The notes under the pieces: model-generated
Databases searched by the model: none
Seen by the model: only the letters and a program-made list of their open reading frames with translations
Told to the model about the DNA's origin: nothing
Position numbers and translations under genes: made by a program
Part shown: piece by piece, positions 32,370 to 40,585 of the stretch
Layout of the letters: every line of letters begins with the position of its first letter
How positions within the stretch are numbered: the first letter of the stretch is position 1
Virus record (IMG/VR): IMGVR_UViG_3300045988_160394
Location: 96,001 to 160,000 of that record
DNA: 64,000 bases
Direction: 5' to 3' (one strand)
Source of the DNA: a virus

Positions 32370-32444
32370 CGGAGTATAGTTTATGGAAAACACCAGAAAG
32401 CATTTATGTTGGTAATGTAAGTTCGATTCTTACTGCTCCGACCA
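32370..32444 (+). tRNA. tRNA-like element (acceptor stem + T arm + encoded ACCA) with a non-canonical anticodon arm; isotype not assignable
   Basis: Acceptor cggagta/tgctccg (7 bp, one G-U). T arm gtaag-TTCGATT-cttac. Discriminator A plus CCA. D-arm-like gttt-atgga-aaac. The middle region forms only accag/ttggt with a 12-nt loop. No TCA anticodon is present. Confidence 0.45.
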
Positions 32445-32479
32445 TTAACCACACAAATATATATGTTAAATCAACAAAA

Positions 32480-32510
32480 AGACTAGAAGGTTTTATCCCT
32501 CTAGTCTTTT
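32480..32510. terminator. bidirectional intrinsic terminator
   Basis: agactagaagg-ttttat-ccctctagtct has T runs on both strands. It lies between the + strand RNA region and the stop of the convergent dnaE copy 2. Confidence 0.75.
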
Positions 32511-32513
32511 ATA

Positions 32514-35500
32514 TTATTTAAGTTTAACGGAACTTATAATTAATTGTTTTCTAGAATCTTTTTTACCTTTTATTATAAGAGTTGGTTGAGGTCTATCTTC
32601 TCGAACTTCAAACTTGTCTGAATTAGCACAATATGTTCTAGCAAAAGCTACACAAGGTATTGTTACTCCTTCTGATTCTATCTTAGGGAATGACATCATA
32701 TTACCGTTTTTATCTATTAATTCTCTATTAGATACTACTGTTGCTTCTATTTCAATAGTTTGATTTGTTTCTACTTCATCCCACCATGGTTTATATGTTA
32801 TAGGTAATCCTAAAGTTTTAGTTTCATAATCCATACATACTTTTTCATCATAAGTATCAGCAGTAGGCATTATTTCTATTTTATCTTTTCTTAAAGTATA
32901 AAATTCATTTAATAAAGCATTTCTATTAGTATTAAACTTATCTAATGCTCCTGACTTTATTAATGCTTCTCCTACTCTTTTATTTAAGAACTTTTTAGGT
33001 ATTCTATCCATCATATCTTGTAAAGAAGTGAATTCTCCACTTTCTTTTCTTATTTTTAGTATTTCTTTAACAGCATTTTCTCCTACACCTTTTATAGAAC
33101 CTAATCCATATAATATCTTAAAGTTTTCAGGTAATGGTGTAAAGTCTTTATTAGAGATATTTATATCTGGTAATTCTACTTGTAATCCCATATCTTCTAC
33201 TACAGGTATATATTTAACTCTTTTCTTTTCGTCATCTTGTACTGATAATACAGATGCAAAGAAATCAACTGGATAATATCTTTTTAAGTAAGCTGTTAAT
33301 AATGTTATATATGAATAACAAGCTGCATGAGATTTATTAAATAAGTAAGAAGCATATCCTTCCATATCAGCCCAGAAAGCTTCTAAATCTTTTATATCAT
33401 ATCCATTATTAGATGCTCCTAATATTGGTGCACCATATTTTGCAGATGGATCATACATAGTACAATTTGGATTATTATTATCATATCCTTTTGGTGCTTC
33501 TTCATTTTTCTTACCATAGATTAACCATCTTTTACATAAGTCCATTATAGCTTGTTTCTTTTTAGCTAATGCTTTTCTAAGATATGAGTCTGCTTGGTTA
33601 TCGTCGAACCCAGCAATCTTTTTAGCAATAGCCATTACTTGCTCTTGATATACAATAGTACCGAATGTATCTCCTACGATATCTTCTGTATCATGAACTG
33701 GCATTACTATTTCTTCTAAGCCATTCTTTCTATTGTTATATTTAGTATGCATTCCTGCTTGTAGAGGACCAGGTCTTCCTATTGATGTAAGAACGACTAT
33801 GTCATCCATACTTGTTGGTTGCATATCAGAGATGATACCTTTAAACAAGTCAGATTCTATTTGGAAAACAGCTTCTGTTTCTTTATTACATATCATATCG
33901 AATACACCTTCATCATCTAATTCAACAGTTTTATATAAGTCTTCCCATTCAAGAGTTTCATCTATTGAATGCATAGCTTTATCAATTACACTTACTGTTT
34001 TTAATCCTAAAAAGTCATATTTAACTCCATTACATTCTTCAACTTGAGGACCAGTATATAAAGTAACTTTAACTCCAGTATCAGGATCTATTCTTATAGG
34101 GAATGTATCTGTTATAGGATTAGGAGTAGTAAGTATACCTGAAGCATGTACACCAAAGTTTCTCTTAGTACCTTCAAATCTTCTAGCTAATCTAAATAAC
34201 TCTGGATATTCATTTTCTATTTCTTTAAATTGTCTATATTTTTCAGGGTCAGTCTTTTCGTATTCATCTAAATCTTTAAAAGATATACTAGGAGCTTCAT
34301 CTGTTATTACAGTTATCTTTTTAGATATTTCATCTGTTATTGCATATGGCATATCTAATACTCTTCCTATATCTCTTACTCCTGATTTAACGCCTAATTC
34401 TGAATAAGTTCCTATATGAGCTACACATTCTTCTCCATATACTTCTTCCATATGTTCTATTACTCTATCTCTACCATAATAACAAAAATCTACGTCTACA
34501 TCTGGTAAAGCAGTTCTATCCATAGTTAAGAATCTTGAGAACAGTAATCCATTTTGTATAGGATCTATTACTTTAGTTATTCCTAATAAGAATAATACTA
34601 AACTACCTGCTGCTGATCCTCTCCCTGGACCTGTAGGTATTTTATTGCTATTAGACCAAAATATAAACTCATCTACTGTTAACATATAAGGAGCATATCC
34701 TTTTTTGTTTATTACATATAACTCCCAATTTAATCTAGCTTCATATTCTCTTCTATCATATTCAGGATGTTTAGCTAAATATTTATATAATTTCTTCCAA
34801 CACTTATATGTTAAGTATTTTTCACTTGTATATCCTTTAGGTAATTTAACTTCTGTAAATAAAGGTTTTTCACTTTTTAATCTTATATCTCCGTCTACCA
34901 TTTCAGCTATTAAGTTAGTATTTTCTAATCCTTTTATTACTTCTTCCATATATTCTTCGTTAGGAGCCAATCTTTTAAAAGCATTTACCATTTCATCATA
35001 ACTTCTCATCCAGAACTCTGGTTCATATCTCATTCTATCTATTTCGTCTTTCTTTTTGCCTAATCCTATACATAATAAAGTATCATGATCGTCTATATCA
35101 CTTTGTCTTGTATAATGAACATCATTAGTAGCTATTATTTTTAAGTCTAACTTTTTAGCCAATTTTATTAACTCTATATTTACTTCTTTTTGTACTTCCC
35201 AATCTAATCCTTGTATTTCTACAAATAGATTTTCTTTTCCGAAGATTTCTTTCCATTCAGTTAATATTTTTTCAGCAGTATCTATCTTACCATGTTTTAT
35301 AGAATTAGCTATTACAGAACCTATACATGCAGTTGTACATATTATTCCTTCTGAATACTTTTTAAGTAATTCGTTATCGCAATGAAATCTTGCATTAAAT
35401 AAACCTTTTTCAGATGCTTCACTTTGTATTTTAACAAGATTATGCCATCCTATTTGGTTTTTAGCTATTAATATAATATGATATCCTTTAGTATCGTACA

Positions 35501-35849
35501 TATAAGGTTTTATCAATTCGTTAATTTCTTTTTTAGTTGCTTTTCTAGGTATTTCTATTCCGTTTTTTATTGCTTCTTCTTGTGCTATTTTTGTTCTTTT
35601 ATCTAATGGTAAAGATATCATATCTCTATCCCATGTCCAATATAATTCAACTCCTAATAATGGTTTTATTCCATTCTCCTTACAAGCTGATTGAAACTCC
35701 AATACTCCACCTAAATGATTATGATCTGTTATAGCTAATGCCTTCATATTTAACTCTTTAGCTCTTAATACTCTTTCTAATGGACTTCCCATTCCATCTA
35801 GTAAACTGTAATGAGTATGACAATGTATATGCGTAAAGTTCTTTTCCAT
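32514..35849 (-). CDS. dnaE: DNA polymerase III alpha-subunit homologue (DnaE type), copy 2
   Basis: Canonical PHP HIHCHTHYSLLDG, PGRGSAAGSLVLFLLGI, catalytic LPDVDVDF, FNKSHAACYS. All 14 Trp codons are TGG. Confidence 0.9.
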   Translation of the reverse strand: MEKNFTHIHCHTHYSLLDGMGSPLERVLRAKELNMKALAITDHNHLGGVLEFQSACKENGIKPLLGVELYWTWDRDMISLPLDKRTKIAQEEAIKNGIEIPRKATKKEINELIKPYMYDTKGYHIILIAKNQIGWHNLVKIQSEASEKGLFNARFHCDNELLKKYSEGIICTTACIGSVIANSIKHGKIDTAEKILTEWKEIFGKENLFVEIQGLDWEVQKEVNIELIKLAKKLDLKIIATNDVHYTRQSDIDDHDTLLCIGLGKKKDEIDRMRYEPEFWMRSYDEMVNAFKRLAPNEEYMEEVIKGLENTNLIAEMVDGDIRLKSEKPLFTEVKLPKGYTSEKYLTYKCWKKLYKYLAKHPEYDRREYEARLNWELYVINKKGYAPYMLTVDEFIFWSNSNKIPTGPGRGSAAGSLVLFLLGITKVIDPIQNGLLFSRFLTMDRTALPDVDVDFCYYGRDRVIEHMEEVYGEECVAHIGTYSELGVKSGVRDIGRVLDMPYAITDEISKKITVITDEAPSISFKDLDEYEKTDPEKYRQFKEIENEYPELFRLARRFEGTKRNFGVHASGILTTPNPITDTFPIRIDPDTGVKVTLYTGPQVEECNGVKYDFLGLKTVSVIDKAMHSIDETLEWEDLYKTVELDDEGVFDMICNKETEAVFQIESDLFKGIISDMQPTSMDDIVVLTSIGRPGPLQAGMHTKYNNRKNGLEEIVMPVHDTEDIVGDTFGTIVYQEQVMAIAKKIAGFDDNQADSYLRKALAKKKQAIMDLCKRWLIYGKKNEEAPKGYDNNNPNCTMYDPSAKYGAPILGASNNGYDIKDLEAFWADMEGYASYLFNKSHAACYSYITLLTAYLKRYYPVDFFASVLSVQDDEKKRVKYIPVVEDMGLQVELPDINISNKDFTPLPENFKILYGLGSIKGVGENAVKEILKIRKESGEFTSLQDMMDRIPKKFLNKRVGEALIKSGALDKFNTNRNALLNEFYTLRKDKIEIMPTADTYDEKVCMDYETKTLGLPITYKPWWDEVETNQTIEIEATVVSNRELIDKNGNMMSFPKIESEGVTIPCVAFARTYCANSDKFEVREDRPQPTLIIKGKKDSRKQLIISSVKLK

Positions 35850-35883
35850 AAAATTTTCTCCCCCACTTCTAATCTATATTTAT

Positions 35884-35912
35884 ATTATACGTATTATACG
35901 TATAAAAGTCAA
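35884..35912 (-). promoter_or_regulatory. sigma-A-type promoter with palindromic operator in the spacer (copy 1)
   Basis: Minus strand: TTGACT-N17-TATAAT. The spacer contains TATACGTAT-A-ATACGTATA (35886-35904). Lies upstream of dnaE copy 2. Confidence 0.65.
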
Positions 35913-35914
35913 TA

Positions 35915-35956
35915 AGAAAAATAAAGACTCCGCTACTTTTTATTATAGCGAAGTCT
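35915..35956 (-). terminator. intrinsic terminator
   Basis: Minus strand: agacttcgc-N14-gcggagtct (9 bp) followed by ttattttt. Sits directly after the fibre gene stop. Confidence 0.7.
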
Positions 35957-35969
35957 ACATTATAAAATA

Positions 35970-36695
35970 TTATTCAGGATGATGTTGTGCAATTTTTTGT
36001 TCTAGTTGAGTATACTTACTTTGTAATTCTGTATACTTAGTTACTAGTTCGTTAATTGCTCCTACTATTGTTTTTGCTGTAGTAGTTAATGTTTCATCAT
36101 TTTTCTTTTGATAAGATTGTAAATCAGCAGCAGGACCAGTAGCACCTTGAGCTCCTGCATCTCCTTTAGGTCCTTTAAGTTCTGTAAGAGCTATTAATTG
36201 TTGCCAACTATCAGTTCCTGCATATTGCCATTCAATATGAGTATCACCTTTTTTAAGTTCTATTTGTTTTCCGTCTGCACCTTTTTGTCCTGCAACACCT
36301 TGCTCTCCCCTAGGGCCAGTTTCTCCTGTATCTCCTTTAGCTCCAGGAGCACCATTTTCACCTCTAGGTCCTTGAGGGCCTACAGCACCAGCTTGACCAG
36401 GATCACCTTTTAATTCAGTTAAAGCTATTAATTGATTTCATAGGTCAGTTCCTTTGTATCTTCATTCAATATGAGAACTACCTTTTTGTAATTCTATCTC
36501 TTTACCATCGACACCATTTTTACCAGCAGGTCCAACTGGTCCTTGAGCACCTGTTTCTCCTGGTTGTCCTTTAAGGTTTTTAGTTATTAAATCCATAGTA
36601 GTTGTCTTAGTGGAACCATCTTGTAATATAAGCACATTATCTGCCCCTTTAACAGATACAGCCTTTGGTAATTCACTCATTTTTATTCTTTCCAT
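35970..36695 (-). CDS. collagen-like (Gly-X-Y) tail-fibre protein, 241 aa, two in-frame TGAs
   Basis: 36462..36695 continues in frame through TGA at 36462 and 36438 to TAA at 35970. Contains G-X-Y runs (GQPGETGAQGPVGPAGKNGVDG; GDPGQAGAVGPQGPRGENGAPGAKGDTGETGPRGEQGVAGQKGADG) and a duplicated IEW.Y.GTD.W.QLIALTELKG module. Confidence 0.8.
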
Positions 36696-36714
36696 ATTTA
36701 TTTCCCCTTTACTG

Positions 36715-36927
36715 CTATACTAATACATCATTATTATCTTCTGTTACTATTAATTTTTCATCTTCAGTAATTAGAAGTCTATCTTGTGGAGTATTTATAA
36801 CTTCACCTTTTATAATTTTCATTACATCTCTTCCATCAGAAGTGACAAGACTTCCTTTTTTAAACATAACACTACCTTGTATTTTGGTACCTTGATCTAA
36901 GGTCATGTGTAATGGTGGTCATGCCAT
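36715..36927 (-). CDS. hypothetical protein (70 aa); TGA is codon 3
   Basis: ATG 36927 follows AGGGGTG. Reads M-A-[TGA]-PPLH and continues into ORF-track 36715..36906. Confidence 0.45.
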
Positions 36928-36982
36928 TATTAATCACCCCTTTATACATTAAATATAAAGGAGAAAATTAATTCTCCTTTAT

Positions 36983-37147
36983 TTATCTTGCTGGTCTATT
37001 TGGTAGCTCTGGTATATAAGTAGCATCTTTGTTTTGTGCTTTATATACTTTCTTTTGCCACTTAGCAATATCTAAAGTATATGGGTCCTTATAGTCTGAA
37101 CTAGATTTAGTCATAGTTCCATTTCCAAAGTATTTTCCTTTACTCAT
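36983..37147 (-). CDS. small hypothetical protein (54 aa)
   Basis: ATG follows AAGAGGTG and the ORF ends TAA. Below the ORF-track size cut-off. Confidence 0.4.
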   Translation of the reverse strand: MSKGKYFGNGTMTKSSSDYKDPYTLDIAKWQKKVYKAQNKDATYIPELPNRPAR

Positions 37148-37183
37148 TATTAAACACCTCTTTATTAGCTTTTAAAAGCTTAT

Positions 37184-38449
37184 TTATTTTTGTACATATT
37201 TAGCTGATACGTATCCTTCTTTTTTGCCTTTAGAAGTATCGTATTGGATATAATACCATCCATCTTCAGTCCATTTGATTAGAACTTTTTCTCCATTAAA
37301 AACCTTACCTATTACTGAACCATTAATATCGCTTCTTACATTTAAATAAGAATTAACTTTAACTGTTCCGTATACTGGCTTAGATTCTTGATAGAATTTA
37401 GTTCCTTGTTCTCCCTCATAACGAACGTATCCGTCAGAAGGAGTACCGTCCTCTCTATAGAATGTGATACGTAATCTTCCATCAGTTCTATACATTGGAC
37501 TGCATTTTTGATGAGGTTGTAAAATTTCATTATGTTCAGTTACGTTAACATCACCTGCTGACCACCAAACATAAGTTACTCCTCCATCATTAATATATTG
37601 CTTATGATAATCAAATTGCAATCTGTTGTATTGATCTATACTAATATAAGCATGATATTTCTTGCTTCCACCAGGATAAACTAATTCAACATATTTACGA
37701 GAAGGATAAATACCAACTACAAACACTTCGTCGAAAGGTGAAATATATCTTCCTTGTACTGGATTACAGTTTTGATCAAGTACTTGTATATTTCCTTGTC
37801 CTACGATTTTAGCATTAGTTCTCTTTTCATTAGATTCATAGAATCCAGGATTAGAAGAACTTGATACATTATTACTAGAATTAGATGAAGTTGTATTTCC
37901 TCCAGCTATTGCACTATTAGCTATACCTTCTGCTATTAAATTACCAATCTTCTCTGGTCCTGCTTGATGATATAGTCTAACATCTTCTGTAGCTTCACAG
38001 AAACATACTTCAACGATAACAGCTGGCATTGATGTTTTTCTTAATTCATATAACTTAGCATTAGTTTTTACACCTCTGTTTTTAAGTCCAGTTCCATTTG
38101 CCACACTGTTAACTATTCTCTTAGCAATAACTTCTGCTTGTCCACCTAGACCACACACCCATGTTCCAGTACCTAAAGCACCTTCATAATGGTTATAAGC
38201 TTTATCAAAGTGAATACTTATAAATAGATCAGCTCCTCATCCTTCTGCTTTATTAACGCCATAAGCAAGGTCTTCATTAACTCCGCAATTACCAGGAGTA
38301 ACGTCTAGGACTTGATAACCTGCTTTTCTTAAACTGTTAATAACAGCTACATAAACTTTTCTATCTTCTACTGTTTCATTGATTAATGCAGATGCTCCAG
38401 CAGCTTGAAAGTTATGTCCACCTCTTACAGCTATTTTTCTAATTGACAT
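37184..38449 (-). CDS. endolysin: N-acetylmuramoyl-L-alanine amidase (Amidase_3) with C-terminal SH3 domain, one in-frame TGA
   Basis: 38237..38485 and 37184..38158 share one frame, joined by TGA at 38237 (codon 71). Start ATG 38449 follows AAGGAGGA. Motifs: GGHN, [TGA]GADLFISIHF, MPAVIVEVCF. SH3 region: NVRSDINGSVIGKVFNGEKV...GWYYIQY...GYVSAKYV. Confidence 0.85.
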
Positions 38450-38480
38450 ATTAAATTCCTCCTTCATAATATGCAATAAG

Positions 38481-38512
38481 CACATTACAACTATATATTA
38501 CCTTGTAATGTG
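38481..38512 (-). terminator. 10-bp hairpin between recJ and the endolysin (possible attenuator or terminator)
   Basis: cacattacaa-N12-ttgtaatgtg. The downstream T run is weak. Confidence 0.4.
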
Positions 38513-38549
38513 CTTATAATTATATTATATTAAATTTATTAACAAATTT

Positions 38550-40337
38550 TTATGCTGGAATTATTTGCTCTACACTAAATGTATAATATTTAGGATTTCT
38601 AAAGTCAGGAACTAATTTGCCAATTAAATGAACTTTATTAGGCGAACCTAATCTTTTATATTCATTCATTTTATTCCATACCCATATTTCTTTACCTACC
38701 ATTTTGCCGTATCTATTCTTTTTAGCTTTACATGTATTATCTTCTAAGTTTAAACATAAGTGATCAGGATTATTACTTGAAGATCTAGCTTCTAATACAT
38801 CTAAGTTTTTAATAGCAAATATAGGTTCTTTTAATGTTCCGAAGAATAACATTTCATCATAATCTTTTACAGTAGCTTTCTTTATATCTTTTAATTCTAT
38901 AATGTCATCTACTTCTATAGTTATGTCTTGTTCTCTTTCTATTACTCCTGCTTCTGTTTTAGTTAATATTATAGCCATTAATAGCTCATTAAGTGATTGT
39001 CTTAAATCATCTATTTTATTTATATCAACTATTACACCTGCTGCTCCATGGTGTCCTCCAAAGTTTATCATATTGCCTTTTTCAACTTCATATTTAAATA
39101 ATTCATGTAAATTCAAACCTTCTACAGATCTAGCTGAACCATGTACTATTGTACCATTGCCTCCTAATAATATAACTGGCTTATTATAAGCTGATATCAT
39201 TTTAGAAGCTACTGTTCCACCTACTCCTCCTAGATTAGCAACATGTTCTACTATAAATAAATCTTTACTATAATCCTTTTTTATTAGCTCATCATATATA
39301 TTCTTTTCTAAAGCTTTTCTTTCATCATTAAGATTAACCATATGATTATATATATCTTCTAAATCATCTTCATCTTCTGCATTCATAAAGTCTAAAGCTA
39401 ATTGTATTTCTCCCATTCTACCACAAGCATTTATTTGTGGCCCTATGTCAAAACCTATATCAGTTATAGATATGTCTTTATTTATATAATTCCTATAATA
39501 CATAAGAGCTTCTTTTGCAAATCCTTGTTTCATTTGCCATAATCCTAATCCAACTATTCCTACGTTTTCTTGAGTAGTTGGCATTACATCTGTTATAGTT
39601 GCTATAGTTGCATTTGGTAAGTAATTAAATATAAAACTTTCATCTGCTTCAAATAATTCTAATACTCTACCGAATACTTTATAAGCTACACTTGCACCAC
39701 ATAAACCTAATGCATTTTCATTATCTGTATCATGTAACCATGGATCTACTACTAAGCAATCAGGAACTTCACCTTTTTTAGGAGCATGATGATCAGTTAT
39801 TATAACTGTAATTCCTTTTGATTGTAGATATTCTACTTCTTTATATTTAGTAATACCATTATCAACTGTCATAACCAAAGTTTCTTTTTTAACTTTCTTA
39901 GGAAAAGTCTTTTTACACCAGTCTAATGATAAACCGTATCCTTCAAATCTATTAGGTACTTTTATATTGATATTAACTTTAGATTCTAATGCTTCTTTAA
40001 TAGCTGTTAAAACTCCATTAGCTATACTAGTAGACATTATACCATCGCAATCATAATCTCCATATACATATATTTCTGCATCATCATTGCTTAATACTTT
40101 AGCTATTATTTCAGCTGCTTCTGTAGAATTAGTTATACTATCGTGACCACCTATAGCAAACTCATCTGTTTGTATATATTTATATAATTCTTCTTTTTCA
40201 TAGCCCCTATTTAATAATAAAGATACTACACTTTCTGTTGTCTTTAATTCTCGTGCTATCTTTTTTACTTCTTCTTTATTTAGATTCTTGTCTCTCTTTA
40301 TTATATTTATCATTAATTTCTCCCCATTTCTCTTCAA
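38550..40337 (-). CDS. recJ: RecJ-like single-stranded-DNA exonuclease (DHH/DHHA1)
   Basis: YGDYDCDGIMS, ITDHHAP and GGHHGAAG. The start may be the internal ATG at 40313. Confidence 0.85.
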   Translation of the reverse strand: MKRNGEKLMINIIKRDKNLNKEEVKKIARELKTTESVVSLLLNRGYEKEELYKYIQTDEFAIGGHDSITNSTEAAEIIAKVLSNDDAEIYVYGDYDCDGIMSTSIANGVLTAIKEALESKVNINIKVPNRFEGYGLSLDWCKKTFPKKVKKETLVMTVDNGITKYKEVEYLQSKGITVIITDHHAPKKGEVPDCLVVDPWLHDTDNENALGLCGASVAYKVFGRVLELFEADESFIFNYLPNATIATITDVMPTTQENVGIVGLGLWQMKQGFAKEALMYYRNYINKDISITDIGFDIGPQINACGRMGEIQLALDFMNAEDEDDLEDIYNHMVNLNDERKALEKNIYDELIKKDYSKDLFIVEHVANLGGVGGTVASKMISAYNKPVILLGGNGTIVHGSARSVEGLNLHELFKYEVEKGNMINFGGHHGAAGVIVDINKIDDLRQSLNELLMAIILTKTEAGVIEREQDITIEVDDIIELKDIKKATVKDYDEMLFFGTLKEPIFAIKNLDVLEARSSSNNPDHLCLNLEDNTCKAKKNRYGKMVGKEIWVWNKMNEYKRLGSPNKVHLIGKLVPDFRNPKYYTFSVEQIIPA

Positions 40338-40476
40338 CTATAATCTCTATAACTTCATTTAACCCTCTTATGTTTTTATTCTCTCTTTTTTTATATATTT
40401 TAATAAACTCTAATTGCTCTATTGTCGATGGTTTAAGAGTAGTAGTAAACTTTTGTCTATCTTCTTTCTTTTTCAT
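40276..40476 (-). CDS. small basic protein, possible ribbon-helix-helix DNA binder
   Basis: First ORF after promoter copy 2. Sequence: KFTTTLKPSTIEQLEFIK...GLNEVIEIIVEE. RBS AGGAGGAAA. Confidence 0.4.
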   Translation of the reverse strand: MKKKEDRQKFTTTLKPSTIEQLEFIKIYKKRENKNIRGLNEVIEIIVEEKWGEINDKYNKERQESK

Positions 40477-40514
40477 CTTATTTCCTCCTGCTCTTTGTAT
40501 CTTCCTTATTTATA

Positions 40515-40543
40515 ATTATATACGTATCATACGTATATGTCAA
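40515..40543 (-). promoter_or_regulatory. consensus sigma-A-type promoter with palindromic operator (copy 2)
   Basis: Minus strand: TTGACA-N17-TATAAT. The spacer holds TATACGTAT-G-ATACGTATA (40519-40537). Confidence 0.7.
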
Positions 40544-40549
40544 TAAAAA

Positions 40550-40579
40550 AATAAGATAAGGTAAAAAGCTTATCTTATT
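40550..40579 (-). terminator. intrinsic terminator
   Basis: 11-bp stem aataagataag/cttatcttatt followed by a T run on the minus strand. Sits directly after the sigma gene. Confidence 0.75.
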
Positions 40580-40585
40580 CTATAT

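Noticed and set aside
31022-32444. Known RNA classes for the non-coding region: tmRNA, RNase P RNA, an rRNA fragment, a group II intron, or a group I intron within a tRNA.
   Set aside because: There is no tag-peptide reading frame ending in an Ala-rich C-terminus and no G3-U70 in the acceptor stem, which argues against tmRNA. There is no GUGYG 5' end or recognisable domain V, which argues against a group II intron. I found no convincing 5' tRNA half upstream: the cggagtg at 31061 pairs with the 3' acceptor strand but has no D arm after it. None of this is decisive without covariance-model searches.
32370-32444. Calling this element the TGA-suppressor tRNA-Trp(UCA).
   Set aside because: No TCA triplet is present in any plausible anticodon loop, and the anticodon arm is non-canonical. 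If a suppressor exists it must lie outside this window.
31474-32521. ORFs 31474..31707 and 32288..32521 inside the non-coding region.
   Set aside because: Neither has an RBS, and their composition is unlike the neighbouring genes. The second runs through the tRNA-like element and the terminator. They are better explained as chance ORFs in structured RNA.
33028-35001. Plus-strand ORFs of 82-104 aa (33028..33276, 33733..34047, 34705..35001) inside dnaE copy 2. Similar antisense ORFs occur at 8011..8229, 8457..8639, 15149..15337, 16638..16898, 38902..39189, 45629..46385 and elsewhere.
   Set aside because: They lie antisense to long, motif-supported genes. They have low-complexity S/L/F/I-rich composition and no RBS. 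These are typical shadow ORFs of AT-rich coding DNA.
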